Of a DNA stretch of 51,437 bases, positions 27,088 through 36,243 are shown piece by piece; position 1 is the first letter of the stretch; each line of letters begins with the position of its first letter. This stretch comes from Candidatus Omnitrophota bacterium. GTDB lineage: Bacteria; Omnitrophota; Gorgyraeia; Gorgyraeales; Gorgyraeaceae. The notes beneath the pieces were generated by a model, which had not been told where the DNA came from, ran no database searches, and worked only from the letters and a program-made list of their open reading frames with translations. The stretch lies in assembly GCA_018814825.1 (NCBI GenBank), contig JAHIYJ010000021.1, forward strand, positions 1 to 51,437, given 5' to 3'. The translations under genes and the position numbers were made by a program.

Positions 27088-27549
27088 ATGGATCGATTAT
27101 GGGCTCCATGGAGAAGTAAATTCGTGAGAGGGAAGAAAAAAAAGAAATGCATATTCTGTGTCAAAAAAACCGGGGCCGCGGAATCTCGGATTGTTAAAAA
27201 ATCAAAATTCTCATTTGCTATGTTAAACACATACCCCTATAATAATGGTCATGTGATGGTGAGCCCTTACAGGCATGTAAAAGACCTCAAGGGGCTTGAC
27301 GACAGGGAACTCCTTGACATCATGAATCTTGTCCAGGACATGCAGCGTCTGCTGGAGAAGAAACTGAAACCCCATGGGTTCAATATTGGCATTAATACAG
27401 GCACGGTGGCGGGGGCGGGATACAAGGACCATATTCATATACATATAGTGCCCAGATGGAGCGGGGACACAAATTTTATGCCTGTCACAGGCACTACAAA
27501 GGTGCTCCCGCAGTCCCTGAAAGAACTGCGGAGGCTCTTAAAAAGTTAA
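27088..27549 (+). CDS. HIT family hydrolase (Ap4A phosphorylase-like)
   Basis: LWAPWR, CIFC, NTYPYNNGH, HIHIHIVPRW.GD.NFMP. Confidence 0.93.
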   Translation: MDRLWAPWRSKFVRGKKKKKCIFCVKKTGAAESRIVKKSKFSFAMLNTYPYNNGHVMVSPYRHVKDLKGLDDRELLDIMNLVQDMQRLLEKKLKPHGFNIGINTGTVAGAGYKDHIHIHIVPRWSGDTNFMPVTGTTKVLPQSLKELRRLLKS

Positions 27550-27556
27550 GGAAGAT

Positions 27557-28711
27557 ATGCTGACGCGCAAAGACATAGAGGAAAAGGAAAGCAAACTGCT
27601 CGCTCCTTACGCCATGCGCAGTAAGGACACCAAAGGCAGGAGATACCCTGAGGCGCAACCAAAATACAGGTCCTGCTACCAGAGAGACAGGGATAGGGTC
27701 ATACACAGCGCGGCGTTCCGCAAGCTCGAGTATAAAACACAGGTCTTCGTAAACCACGAAGGAGATTATTACAGGACAAGACTGACGCATACCCTTGAAG
27801 TCAGTCAGATAGCGAGATCTATAGCGAGGGTCATGACATTAAACGAGGACCTGGTGGAGTCCATCGCGCTCTCCCATGATATAGGCCATCCGCCATTTGG
27901 GCACGCGGGAGAAGAGACCCTGGGCCATCTCATGAAAGACAGGGGCGGCTTTGACCATAACCTCCAGGGGCTCAGGGTAGTAGACGAGCTGGAGCAAAGA
28001 TACCCGAAATTCTCAGGACTGAACCTCACCTGGGAGGTCAGGGAAGGCATAAACAAACACACCACGATGTTTGACAAGGCCGATAGGCTGGTCGAGCTGG
28101 AACCCGAGTTCTCGCCCACACTGGAGACCCAGGTCGTGGACGCCGCGGACGAGATAGCGTATGACAATCATGACATCGACGACGGCCTTACCTCAGGCCT
28201 GATAGACGAGAAACAGCTGTCCAGGCTGGAATTATGGCGGGCCGCGAGACTTGAGGTAAAAAAAAGGAGCTCGAGCCTCCCTGATAAGATAAGGAGGTAC
28301 CAGATAATAAGGTCTCTGATAGACCAGCAGATAAAGGACCTCCTTAAAGCGTCCGAAAAAAACATCAGGGAAAAGGACATAAAAAAATTATCTGACGTGA
28401 AGAAGTGCCCCGAGAAGCTTATTTCTTTTTCAGGGGACATGAAAGCCAAGCGCTCTGAATTCAGGGTGTTTCTCATGAAGAACCTGTACAGTAATTTCAG
28501 GGTAATACGCATGTCGGATAAGGCCAGGAGGTTTATCACCGAACTTTTTAACGTCTATTTGGAAAAGCCCGAACAGCTTCCGCCTTCTGACCAGGGAAAG
28601 ATAAAAAAATACGGCATCCACAGGGTCGTATGCGATTATATAGCCGGAATGACGGATAGGTATGCCCTGAACGAGTACAAGAAATTATTCGACCCTTATG
28701 AACGAGTTTGA
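27557..28711 (+). CDS. dgt: dGTP triphosphohydrolase-like protein (short type)
   Basis: RDRDRVIHS.AFRKL.YKTQVF, RTRLTHTLEV, HDIGHPPFGHAGE, DYIAGMTD. Confidence 0.95.
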   Translation: MLTRKDIEEKESKLLAPYAMRSKDTKGRRYPEAQPKYRSCYQRDRDRVIHSAAFRKLEYKTQVFVNHEGDYYRTRLTHTLEVSQIARSIARVMTLNEDLVESIALSHDIGHPPFGHAGEETLGHLMKDRGGFDHNLQGLRVVDELEQRYPKFSGLNLTWEVREGINKHTTMFDKADRLVELEPEFSPTLETQVVDAADEIAYDNHDIDDGLTSGLIDEKQLSRLELWRAARLEVKKRSSSLPDKIRRYQIIRSLIDQQIKDLLKASEKNIREKDIKKLSDVKKCPEKLISFSGDMKAKRSEFRVFLMKNLYSNFRVIRMSDKARRFITELFNVYLEKPEQLPPSDQGKIKKYGIHRVVCDYIAGMTDRYALNEYKKLFDPYERV

Positions 28712-30173
28712 CAAAAAACAGAAAAAAGATTTTTTGATGAAATTCTGCAAGTCCGCCTCTATCGTCGGGCTCAAACAGGTTTTCTCGGAGATCATGGGCA
28801 ATAAGAGGATGAAATGCCTGTTCCTGGACCAGGACTGCGAGCCCGTAAAGAACAACCAGAAGACTCACCCGGAAATAGTGGAAGAGCTCAAGCGGAAACT
28901 GCCGGAAGATGCGGAGAGCTTTACATGTTCATGCGGCAAGTATTGCATAACCATACCTGTAAAACAGGGCGATAACCTATATGGTTACATAATCGGGATG
29001 CACCTGAACCAGCCACTGGATAAGATCACCACCGCGTTCGTTAAGATGTACATAAGCGTTGCCCTGAAGGAGTTCCAGAAAGAGCAGGAGCTCACCAAGC
29101 TTTATGATACCATAAGGCCGAGGGCGATAGCGTTATCTACCATCCATACTATCCATAGGCTTCTTTCGTCGACACTGGATATGGATGAGCTTATAGAAAG
29201 GATGGCGAGGCTTTCATTGCAGGTAATGAGGTGCAGGGGATGCTCCATAATGCTCATTGACGAATCCGGGAAATACCTGACTCCGAAAGCCGTTATTGAC
29301 CTTAACCATAACGGCAATAAAGAAGGGAAGAAGCGCCGAAAAATTAGGATCGGGTCAGGGATGATAGGCAAGGTCGCCAAATCAGGCAAGGCCCACATAT
29401 CCCACAGTTTTATATGTGTGCCGCTCATAGAAGAGGACATAATGGGCGTCATATGCGTCAAGCACAAGACAAACAGGGTCTCTTTTAATAATTTTGACCT
29501 TGAGATACTGCTGACACTCGCGGAACAGGCCGTAATCGCCATAAGGAATGCCCAACTCTACGAGGAGCAGGAAAAAGCGGCTTATGGAAGCATTAAATCC
29601 CTAGCCGTGCTGCTGGACGCGAAATACCCCAACATGTACACCCACTCCGAGAGGTTCATAAAGATCACTCTTGCCGTGGCCGAGGAAATGAGGCTGTCGA
29701 GGGAAGAAATAAAGAGCCTGCATTACGCCGCGCTTCTCCCTGATACGGGAAAATTCGGCATACCAGACAAGATACTGAGAAAACAAGGCGGCCTGTCAAG
29801 CGGGGAATACAATATCATAAAAAAACAACACATTGAGAGTCTCAAGATACTTCAGCCTCTGGAATTTCTCAAGCCCGCCATGCCCATTATAATACACCAC
29901 CACGAGAGATACGACGGTAAAGGCTATCCGAACGGATTAAAGGGCGAGCAGATCCCCCCGGGGGCCAGGATCATGGCGGTGGTCGAAGCGTTTGAGGCAA
30001 TGGTCTCCCTGAGGCCCTATAAAAACAGGCGGATAACGATATCTCAGGCGATAAAAGAAATAGAGAGAAACAAAGGGTCTCAGTTCGACCCCGAAGCGGT
30101 AGTGGCCTTTATCTCGGCCTTAAAAAAACTAGACCTGAAAAAAATGTTCTATAACCTCCTGATCAAGAGATGA
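28698..30173 (+). CDS. Sensor-GAF-HD-GYP protein with degenerate HD motif
   Basis: GAF (LAEQAVIAIRNAQLY), HHHERYDGKGYP; LLPDTGK replaces LHDxGK and VVEAFEAM replaces VADxFDAM. Confidence 0.85.
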   Translation: MNEFDKKQKKDFLMKFCKSASIVGLKQVFSEIMGNKRMKCLFLDQDCEPVKNNQKTHPEIVEELKRKLPEDAESFTCSCGKYCITIPVKQGDNLYGYIIGMHLNQPLDKITTAFVKMYISVALKEFQKEQELTKLYDTIRPRAIALSTIHTIHRLLSSTLDMDELIERMARLSLQVMRCRGCSIMLIDESGKYLTPKAVIDLNHNGNKEGKKRRKIRIGSGMIGKVAKSGKAHISHSFICVPLIEEDIMGVICVKHKTNRVSFNNFDLEILLTLAEQAVIAIRNAQLYEEQEKAAYGSIKSLAVLLDAKYPNMYTHSERFIKITLAVAEEMRLSREEIKSLHYAALLPDTGKFGIPDKILRKQGGLSSGEYNIIKKQHIESLKILQPLEFLKPAMPIIIHHHERYDGKGYPNGLKGEQIPPGARIMAVVEAFEAMVSLRPYKNRRITISQAIKEIERNKGSQFDPEAVVAFISALKKLDLKKMFYNLLIKR

Positions 30174-30427
30174 AAAAGCTGCTGAAGAGCGAAGTCACAA
30201 GGAAAATATTGCTTTTTTTAAACGAGAACCCTCATTCTATCGATACGGCCAAAGGTATATCTGTATGGATAGGTTGTGACTCGGCCAAGGTCCAGAAGGC
30301 CCTTGCCCAGCTGGTAAAAAAAGGCATGGTCGTTAACCACAAGACCGCGTCCACGGACGCGTACTCATACACGACGGAAAAGAGAGTAATAAAACAGATC
30401 GAGAAACACATAAAACCATTAGTCTGA
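30170..30427 (+). CDS. Small winged-helix-like protein
   Basis: 85 aa, ATGA overlap with the HD-GYP gene; ILLFL..NPHSIDTAKGISVWIG...VQKALAQLVKKG pattern. Confidence 0.65.
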   Translation: MKKLLKSEVTRKILLFLNENPHSIDTAKGISVWIGCDSAKVQKALAQLVKKGMVVNHKTASTDAYSYTTEKRVIKQIEKHIKPLV

Positions 30428-30454
30428 CAAATGCAGTGATCTGTGATATAATTT

Positions 30455-31000
30455 ATGAGCGCGAAATTTCAGGGAAGACAGGAAAAAGACCTTTTCGAGC
30501 AATTTCAGGGCACGGAAAAAAAAGTACAGACAAAAACGAGGTTTTTGATTCCCCGCATAAAAGACAGTATTACGGTCTCTTATGAAAACATTATATTTCT
30601 CTCGATAAGCCTGCTGATAGTGTGCATTATATGTTTTTCCCTGGGAGTGGAAAAAGGCAGGCGGGAATCCGGCCTCCTCACGCCTGCTGGTAACATAGCG
30701 GTGCTAGATATAAGTCGGGATAATGAAAAAGTCTCAAGAGAGCCTCCTGTCTCCGTAGAAACACCTGCCAGGACAGAAGGGAAGCATGTCCTGCAGCTGG
30801 CAGCCTTCAAGGGCCTGGGGCCCGCGGAGAGAGAAAGAGACGATCTTCGCAGGGATGGATACAACGCGGACATAAGAAAATCAGGGGAGTATTATCAGCT
30901 TTACGTGGGAGGCCTTGCCACGAAGACAGAGGCCGGGCGTCTTAAGGAAAAACTCAGAAACAGGTATAACGATTGTTACGTTTACGATAAAGAATTATAA
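30455..31000 (+). CDS. SPOR-domain membrane-anchored protein (start uncertain)
   Basis: TM with FSLGVEKG; C-terminal LQLAAFK...YYQLYVG...A..LKEKL SPOR pattern. Confidence 0.8.
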   Translation: MSAKFQGRQEKDLFEQFQGTEKKVQTKTRFLIPRIKDSITVSYENIIFLSISLLIVCIICFSLGVEKGRRESGLLTPAGNIAVLDISRDNEKVSREPPVSVETPARTEGKHVLQLAAFKGLGPAERERDDLRRDGYNADIRKSGEYYQLYVGGLATKTEAGRLKEKLRNRYNDCYVYDKEL

Positions 31001-31010
31001 AGGAGGTAAA

Positions 31011-31304
31011 ATGTCACTGCACCCAAGTCTAAAGAGCTCAAAGGTAGGAAAAAAATTAAGATCTGTCCTTAAAAGATATGAGAGGTTTTTTACCCTGAAA
31101 GACAAAGGTCTTCTACGGGACGAGTCTTCGGTCTTCGGCCTGCCCAAGCTGAAGATAGTAAGGACTAAAGTAAAGAAAGAAAAAGCAGCTGAGAAGCCCG
31201 AAGAAGGAGCAGTAACTGCCGCCGGAGCGGAGGGAACCCCTGCCGCCACCCCGCAGAAAGAAGCTGCCCCAAAGGCCGATAAAAAAGCCGAGAAGAAAAA
31301 ATAA
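31011..31304 (+). CDS. PVC-superphylum small basic signature protein with low-complexity tail
   Basis: MSLHPSLK...RSVLKRYER...SVFGLPKLK; AGGAGG SD before ATG 31011. Confidence 0.85.
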   Translation: MSLHPSLKSSKVGKKLRSVLKRYERFFTLKDKGLLRDESSVFGLPKLKIVRTKVKKEKAAEKPEEGAVTAAGAEGTPAATPQKEAAPKADKKAEKKK

Positions 31305-31322
31305 TAAAAAGAAGGAGATGAT

Positions 31323-31811
31323 ATGCGTTTCATCAGAGTGCTTTCTCTTTTAATGATAGCGTTTTTCCTGTTGTCAGGGACATGTTTCCCGCAGGATGGA
31401 TATGAGGACCTCTCCAAAATCGGTTTCGTGAAAAACGACGGGACTAATATCAGGGCCGGGGATAACGTAAACTTCACGAGCCTGTGCACACTGGAAAAAG
31501 GCGACCCCGTAAAGATTATCGGGAAACGCTACAGCTGGTACAAGATCAACCTGCCCAGGAAGGCCTATGTATACATAAAAAGTGATTTTGTCGGGGAAGT
31601 TTCCGAAAAAGGAGAGGCTGAGGTGACTAGTGAGCGCGTAAACCTGAGGGCAGGCCCTGACACAAAATACGCCATACTCGGGCGGGTCTCTAATCCCAAA
31701 AAGATATACATAGTGGGGGAAGAGTCCGGCTGGTATAAGATATTCCCTCCCGAAGGCACAAGTGGGTGGATACACTCAAGCCAGCTGCGGTTTTCCATTG
31801 AGGATGAATGA
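31323..31811 (+). CDS. Exported protein with two bacterial SH3 domains
   Basis: Signal peptide; NIRAG..WYKI..YIKSDFV and VNLRAGP..WYKI..GWIHSS. Confidence 0.88.
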   Translation: MRFIRVLSLLMIAFFLLSGTCFPQDGYEDLSKIGFVKNDGTNIRAGDNVNFTSLCTLEKGDPVKIIGKRYSWYKINLPRKAYVYIKSDFVGEVSEKGEAEVTSERVNLRAGPDTKYAILGRVSNPKKIYIVGEESGWYKIFPPEGTSGWIHSSQLRFSIEDE

Positions 31812-32422
31812 TGAATCTGGCTATAAGCTTGGTTCTTTTTTTTCTAGCAGTAATAATACACGAGTACTCGCATGGCTGGGTAGCCTGGAAGCTCGGCGAC
31901 TCAACCGCGAAGATGGCTGGCCGCCTTACCTTGAATCCCGCCGCGCATATCGATCCCATAGGCACCATATTGCTCCCGTTAATACTGCTGGTGACCCATT
32001 CTCCCGTATTATTCGGATGGGCAAAGCCTGTCCCCGTGGATTTTCAGAGCCTACATAACCCTAAAAAGGACATGGTATGGGTAAGCCTGGCGGGTCCGGG
32101 CGCCAATATCCTGTTAGCCGTTATCCTGTCTTTTATACTAAAACTCGCTGGAGCGGCAGGCAATCCTTTATTCGTTGCAGTGACAAGCTCTGCCATAATA
32201 ATAAACCTTGTCCTGGCCATATTCAACATCCTGCCCATACCGCCCCTGGACGGATCCAGGGTAGTGATGGGCCTCTTGCCGATAGAGCTAAGCGTGAAAT
32301 ACGCGAGGATAGAGCCTTACGGCCTTGTCATAATCTTTGGACTGCTTTATCTCGGCCTTATAGGAAACTTTATATGGCCGTTGGTAACGCTCATGGCGCG
32401 GTTCCTGGGAGTCAGTATATGA
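31808..32422 (+). CDS. Site-2 protease (M50)
   Basis: HEYSH, GRLTLNP, GWAKPVP, AGP, FNILPIPPLDG. Confidence 0.95.
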   Translation: MMNLAISLVLFFLAVIIHEYSHGWVAWKLGDSTAKMAGRLTLNPAAHIDPIGTILLPLILLVTHSPVLFGWAKPVPVDFQSLHNPKKDMVWVSLAGPGANILLAVILSFILKLAGAAGNPLFVAVTSSAIIINLVLAIFNILPIPPLDGSRVVMGLLPIELSVKYARIEPYGLVIIFGLLYLGLIGNFIWPLVTLMARFLGVSI

Positions 32423-33525
32423 GAAAAACCCGAGTAAATCTAGGCGATAGAAGTTATGAAATAATGATATGCCGGAATGAAACAGCTAAACTCGGCCGGA
32501 TAATAAAACAACTGGATCTCGGGACAGATGCCGTGATTATCACAAACTCCCGGGTGAAAAAACTATTCGGCCCAGGCGTGAAAAAATCCCTATTATCCGC
32601 CGGGCTCAATGTGAGGTTCGAAATTGTTCCTGACAGCGAAGCGGCGAAATCGGAAAAACACTGCCTGAGGCTATTGAACAGGATCTCGAGATTCGACGGA
32701 CTGGGCCGCAGGGTATTTATAGTGGCTCTCGGGGGAGGGGTAATAGGCGACCTCGCCGGTTTCGTGGCCAGCATATACAAAAGAGGCGTCCCGTATGCGC
32801 AGGTCCCCACAACGCTTCTCGCGCAGGTAGACTCATCTATCGGCGGGAAAGTGGCCATAGACCTGGACATAGGCAAGAACCTCGCGGGTTCGTTCTACCA
32901 GCCCAGGCTTGTCTACAGCGACGTGTCTTTTCTTAAAAAACTCCCTGAAAAAGAGCTGGCCTCAGGCCTCGCTGAAGTGATAAAGTACGGCGTCATAAAA
33001 TCGGCCGCGTTATTTTCTTTTATCAGGAAAAACCTTAAAAAGATATTAAGGCGGGATCCGGCGGTGCTTGAGCGCGTAGTCTATGAATGCGGCTCCATTA
33101 AAGCGGGCGTGGTGGAAAAAGACGAGCGTGACAATAAAGACGCGCGGATAATCCTGAACTTCGGCCATACAGTGGGGCACGCCATAGAAACAGCGGCCGG
33201 ATACGGCAAAAGATATAATCACGGCCAGGCAATAGCGCTCGGCATGCTCGCGGCCTCGTTTATCTCGATAAAATTAAATCTGCTGGCAGAGGCTGACTAC
33301 CTGAAAATAAGGGCCCTCATAAAAAACTCAGGCCTTCCGGTTGCCTTAAAAGGCGTGAGCGAGGGGAAGATCATGCGCGCCCTGGGCCATGACAAAAAAT
33401 TCATACGCGGCAAAAACAGGTTCGTATTGCCCGTCAGCATAGGGGAAACCGTAATAAAAGAGAATATCCCCGAATCTTTAATAAGAGGCTCCATAAAAAC
33501 CTTATATGGACTTAAAAAAAGATAA
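32419..33525 (+). CDS. aroB: 3-dehydroquinate synthase
   Basis: ALGGGVIGDLAGF, PTTLLAQVDSSIGGK, LNFGHTVGHAIE; real start ATG 32419 (ATGA overlap). Confidence 0.97.
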   Translation: MRKTRVNLGDRSYEIMICRNETAKLGRIIKQLDLGTDAVIITNSRVKKLFGPGVKKSLLSAGLNVRFEIVPDSEAAKSEKHCLRLLNRISRFDGLGRRVFIVALGGGVIGDLAGFVASIYKRGVPYAQVPTTLLAQVDSSIGGKVAIDLDIGKNLAGSFYQPRLVYSDVSFLKKLPEKELASGLAEVIKYGVIKSAALFSFIRKNLKKILRRDPAVLERVVYECGSIKAGVVEKDERDNKDARIILNFGHTVGHAIETAAGYGKRYNHGQAIALGMLAASFISIKLNLLAEADYLKIRALIKNSGLPVALKGVSEGKIMRALGHDKKFIRGKNRFVLPVSIGETVIKENIPESLIRGSIKTLYGLKKR

Positions 33526-34237
33526 GGCCCGCTTAAAAAAACTCAAATCCATCGAAAAGACTATAGGCTATAGATTCAGAAACAAATCCCTCCTGAACCA
33601 GGCCCTGACGCATAAATCCTATGCCAATGAAAAATACAAATCCCGCAGCGGAGACAACGAGAGGCTGGAGTTTCTGGGTGACTCCGTGCTTGGTATTATA
33701 ATAAGCGGGGTGCTCTACAACGATTACCCGGATAAAGACGAAGGAGTCCTGACCAGGTACAAGTCACAGCTGGTGAGCGGGGCGACGCTCGGCAGGATAG
33801 CGAAAGAACTGCATATCGGGGAATCTATGCTGCTGGGTAAAGGCGAAGAGGCTTCAGGCGGGAAAAAACACGCCTCAAATCTTCTGTGCGCGCTGGAGGC
33901 TTTGATAGGCGCGATATATTTAGATGGAGGCCTGAAGCCGGCATCCAGGTTCATAAACAGGATTTTCAAACTAGAACTGCGGCTCGTGAAAGAAGGCAAG
34001 GGGACCAAGGATTACAAGTCCGTTCTCCAGCAGATTGTCCTTAAAAGGTTCAAGACTATCCCGTCGTACAAGGTCATCTCCGAAATAGGCCCTGACCATA
34101 AGAAACATTTTATAGTTGAGGCGCTGATAACGGGCAAGAGGTTCGGCATAGGCTCAGGGCCGAACAAAAAGGCCGCGGAGCAGGCCGCGGCCAAAGAAGC
34201 TATATCCACCATAGGAACGGACGAGGCCTCATTTTAG
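33506..34237 (+). CDS. rnc: Ribonuclease III
   Basis: ALTHKS, NERLEFLGDSVL, EALIGAIYLD, C-terminal dsRBD. Confidence 0.98.
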   Translation: MDLKKDKARLKKLKSIEKTIGYRFRNKSLLNQALTHKSYANEKYKSRSGDNERLEFLGDSVLGIIISGVLYNDYPDKDEGVLTRYKSQLVSGATLGRIAKELHIGESMLLGKGEEASGGKKHASNLLCALEALIGAIYLDGGLKPASRFINRIFKLELRLVKEGKGTKDYKSVLQQIVLKRFKTIPSYKVISEIGPDHKKHFIVEALITGKRFGIGSGPNKKAAEQAAAKEAISTIGTDEASF

Positions 34238-34726
34238 ATCCAGGACTATCTCCTCGCCGTCATCTTTTTCTATCTTCACAAAATCCTTCGCTATAAGGGT
34301 GATTTCGCCTCCCAGGAGAGAATCGCCTTCCCTTACTATCTTGTCATTTATAATGGCCCATTTGCCTTCAGGGCCGTATACTATCCCGTTCAGCTCAATG
34401 GCGTTCCTTACCTCGGATGAGGGCAGGACCTGCTTCTGAAAAGGCATATTAAAACCAGGAGAGGAGACATTGGATATTTCGCGCGCCGCTTTATCATACG
34501 CCGCGGTAGACCTTGAAAAATGCTTGTAGAGGGCAAGGGAACCTAAAAGAGAAACTATCATGACCAGGGAAGCGACGACCACAACAGTCCATTTGACATC
34601 AGACCCCGTTTGCTTAGGCTCAGCGACGTCAGGAGTGTTTTCACGCAGCACGCAGGAAGGTGCGACCTTATTTTTTATCTCAAATTCTTTTCTCGCCTTC
34701 TTGATCGCGTCATTAATGATGCTCAT
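34229..34726 (-). CDS. ExeB/GspB-like membrane protein
   Basis: MSIINDAIKKA start, one TM, LNGIVY...AIINDKIVREGD; coupled to exeA. Confidence 0.78.
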   Translation of the reverse strand: MSIINDAIKKARKEFEIKNKVAPSCVLRENTPDVAEPKQTGSDVKWTVVVVASLVMIVSLLGSLALYKHFSRSTAAYDKAAREISNVSSPGFNMPFQKQVLPSSEVRNAIELNGIVYGPEGKWAIINDKIVREGDSLLGGEITLIAKDFVKIEKDDGEEIVLDLK

Positions 34727-35535
34727 TCGAACACGCCCTCGATTTCCTTAGAGCACTTTTTTATCGTGTCTTTGTCTATAGTTTTTTTATTGGCGACGAA
34801 GCCCGCCAGGAGCGCCTTGTCGCACACGATATTGACCAGCCTCGGGACGCCGTTTGAGAACCTGTAGATTTCATCGATGGCGCCTTCCGTAAAGAACTTG
34901 TTCCCGTTGGATCCGGCTATGCTCAGCCTGTGAGAGATATAGGCCTTTGTCTCGTCCCTGTCAAGCGGCAGTATATGGTATCTTATGGCTATTCTCTGCC
35001 TAAGCTGGGCCAATTCCCTTGACGCGAGTTTTTCCTTAAGCTCGGGCTGCCCCACCAGGATTATCTGCAGCAGTTTTTCCTTTTCAGTCTCCAGGTTGGA
35101 CAGGAGTCTTACCTGTTCCAGGAGAGAGGGCTTTAGGTTCTGCGCCTCGTCGATTATAAGCACGGTATTGTTATTGCACCTGAGCTGCTCGAGCAAAAAC
35201 TTGTTAAGCTCGCTTAGCATCGTTATCTTGTTCTTGTTTTTGAGTTTTATCCCGAAATCCGTGACAATGGCCTCCAGGAGCTGTATCTCCGAAAGGTTGG
35301 AATTTAGTATAAAAGCTGTCTTGGTGTGCTCATCCAGGGTATTCAGGAGAGCTTTGGATACAGTAGTCTTGCCCGTGCCGATCTCGCCCGTTATTTCCAG
35401 GAAACCCATTCGCTCCTCAATGCCATACTGCATGTGAGATATGGCCTCCCTGTGCTTCCTGCTGAGGTATAGGAAGTTAGGGTCAGACGTGACGCTGAAC
35501 GGTTTTTCTTTTAGACCATAGAATTCAAGGTACAT
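34723..35535 (-). CDS. ExeA/GspA/MshM-type AAA ATPase (no peptidoglycan-binding tail)
   Basis: MYLEFYGLKEKPFS, GEIGTGKTT, IIDEAQNL, ILVGQPEL, QLRQRI, GVPRLVNIVCD; start ATG 35535. Confidence 0.9.
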   Translation of the reverse strand: MYLEFYGLKEKPFSVTSDPNFLYLSRKHREAISHMQYGIEERMGFLEITGEIGTGKTTVSKALLNTLDEHTKTAFILNSNLSEIQLLEAIVTDFGIKLKNKNKITMLSELNKFLLEQLRCNNNTVLIIDEAQNLKPSLLEQVRLLSNLETEKEKLLQIILVGQPELKEKLASRELAQLRQRIAIRYHILPLDRDETKAYISHRLSIAGSNGNKFFTEGAIDEIYRFSNGVPRLVNIVCDKALLAGFVANKKTIDKDTIKKCSKEIEGVFE

Positions 35536-35545
35536 ATCAATGAAA

Positions 35546-35574
35546 ATTATAGCACCTTTATAACTAACTATCAA
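35546..35574 (-). promoter_or_regulatory. Sigma70 promoter of exeA
   Basis: Minus strand TTGATA-17 nt-TATAAT, 10 nt before ATG. Confidence 0.75.
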
Positions 35575-35625
35575 AGAAAAAATACCTTTACACTTTTGTG
35601 ACACACAGAAAAGTGTAAAGGTATT
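35572..35625 (-). terminator. 17-bp hairpin with minus-strand T-tract
   Basis: AATACCTTTACACTTTT/AAAAGTGTAAAGGTATT, followed on the minus strand by TTTTCTTTG. Confidence 0.55.
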
Positions 35626-35777
35626 GAGAATTATGTAATCCTTGCAATATTTCGTTACGCTGTACACACTCCGTTTCACTATCTTTTCGCTCTCGCAGGG
35701 CCTTCGAAAAGACAAGCACGTAACATAAGCGTAACCTAACTATTCGGGTAGTAGATTATTTGAAAAGATAATTCTTG
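35626..35777. ncRNA. Candidate rod-shaped structured RNA or MITE
   Basis: Four nested stems: AGAATTAT/ATAATTCT, TAATC/GATTA, GTTACGCT/AGCGTAAC, TCTTTTCG/CGAAAAGA. Confidence 0.4.
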
Positions 35778-35803
35778 AATCAGGCTGGGATTTAGCTTAT
35801 AAT
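35775..35803 (+). promoter_or_regulatory. Sigma70 promoter of the first pilZ gene
   Basis: TTGAAT-17 nt-TATAAT; AAGGAGG SD before ATG 35848. Confidence 0.75.
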
Positions 35804-35847
35804 ATTAAAAACAAGAGAGTTACTTTATATTTATAAGGAGGCCTGAT

Positions 35848-36204
35848 ATGTGGAGCGGGATAAACAGAAGAAAGTTTCCAAGGGCGAATTATCCTTGCGT
35901 GATCTCTGTAAAGAGAAAGGACCAGGATGACTCAGTATCCGCCAAGACAGAGAACATAGGGATAGGGGGCATATGCGTCATGCTGCCTAAAGACCTGGGG
36001 ATCTTCGCTCCCGTGGAGATACAGCTTGACCTTATGGACGGCCAGCCTGTGATAAGATGTGACGGCGCCATCGTGTGGGTAGTGGCGAAAAAAACGGACA
36101 AGAACAAAATATTCGATACCGGCATAGAGTTTACCGACATAAAAAGAAAAGACGCCATGCGCATAAACGACGTGGTGGAGAAGATACTCAGTAATAATGA
36201 ATAA
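35848..36204 (+). CDS. Stand-alone PilZ domain protein 1
   Basis: RRKFPR, NIGIGG, IVWV, GIEF. Confidence 0.9.
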   Translation: MWSGINRRKFPRANYPCVISVKRKDQDDSVSAKTENIGIGGICVMLPKDLGIFAPVEIQLDLMDGQPVIRCDGAIVWVVAKKTDKNKIFDTGIEFTDIKRKDAMRINDVVEKILSNNE

Positions 36205-36208
36205 ACCT

Positions 36209-36237
36209 TTGACAAAGTACAGGTTTTCTAGTAAACT
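36209..36237 (+). promoter_or_regulatory. Sigma70 promoter, leaderless layout
   Basis: TTGACA-17 nt-TAAACT, then 6 nt to ATG 36244; no SD. Confidence 0.75.
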
Positions 36238-36243
36238 AATAGT

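Noticed and set aside
27557-28711. Anti-phage dGTPase
   Set aside because: It is the short, broadly distributed form inside a housekeeping run, with no defence context.
24417-30427. Prophage or genomic island downstream of tRNA-Gly
   Set aside because: The att-like repeat closes at 24594, there is no integrase or phage gene, and the downstream genes look like core genes.
30424-30457. Leaderless promoter for the SPOR gene (CTGACA-17-TATAAT)
   Set aside because: The -10 box ends only 2 nt before ATG 30455, too close to include that start; either the promoter or the start is wrong and I cannot tell which.
32077-32418. 114-aa N-terminal extension of AroB
   Set aside because: It overlaps the site-2 protease in another frame; the ATGA-coupled start at 32419 gives a normal-length AroB.
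35536-35715. 60-aa N-terminal extension of ExeA
   Set aside because: It runs through the promoter and hairpins; the family begins MYLEFYGL.
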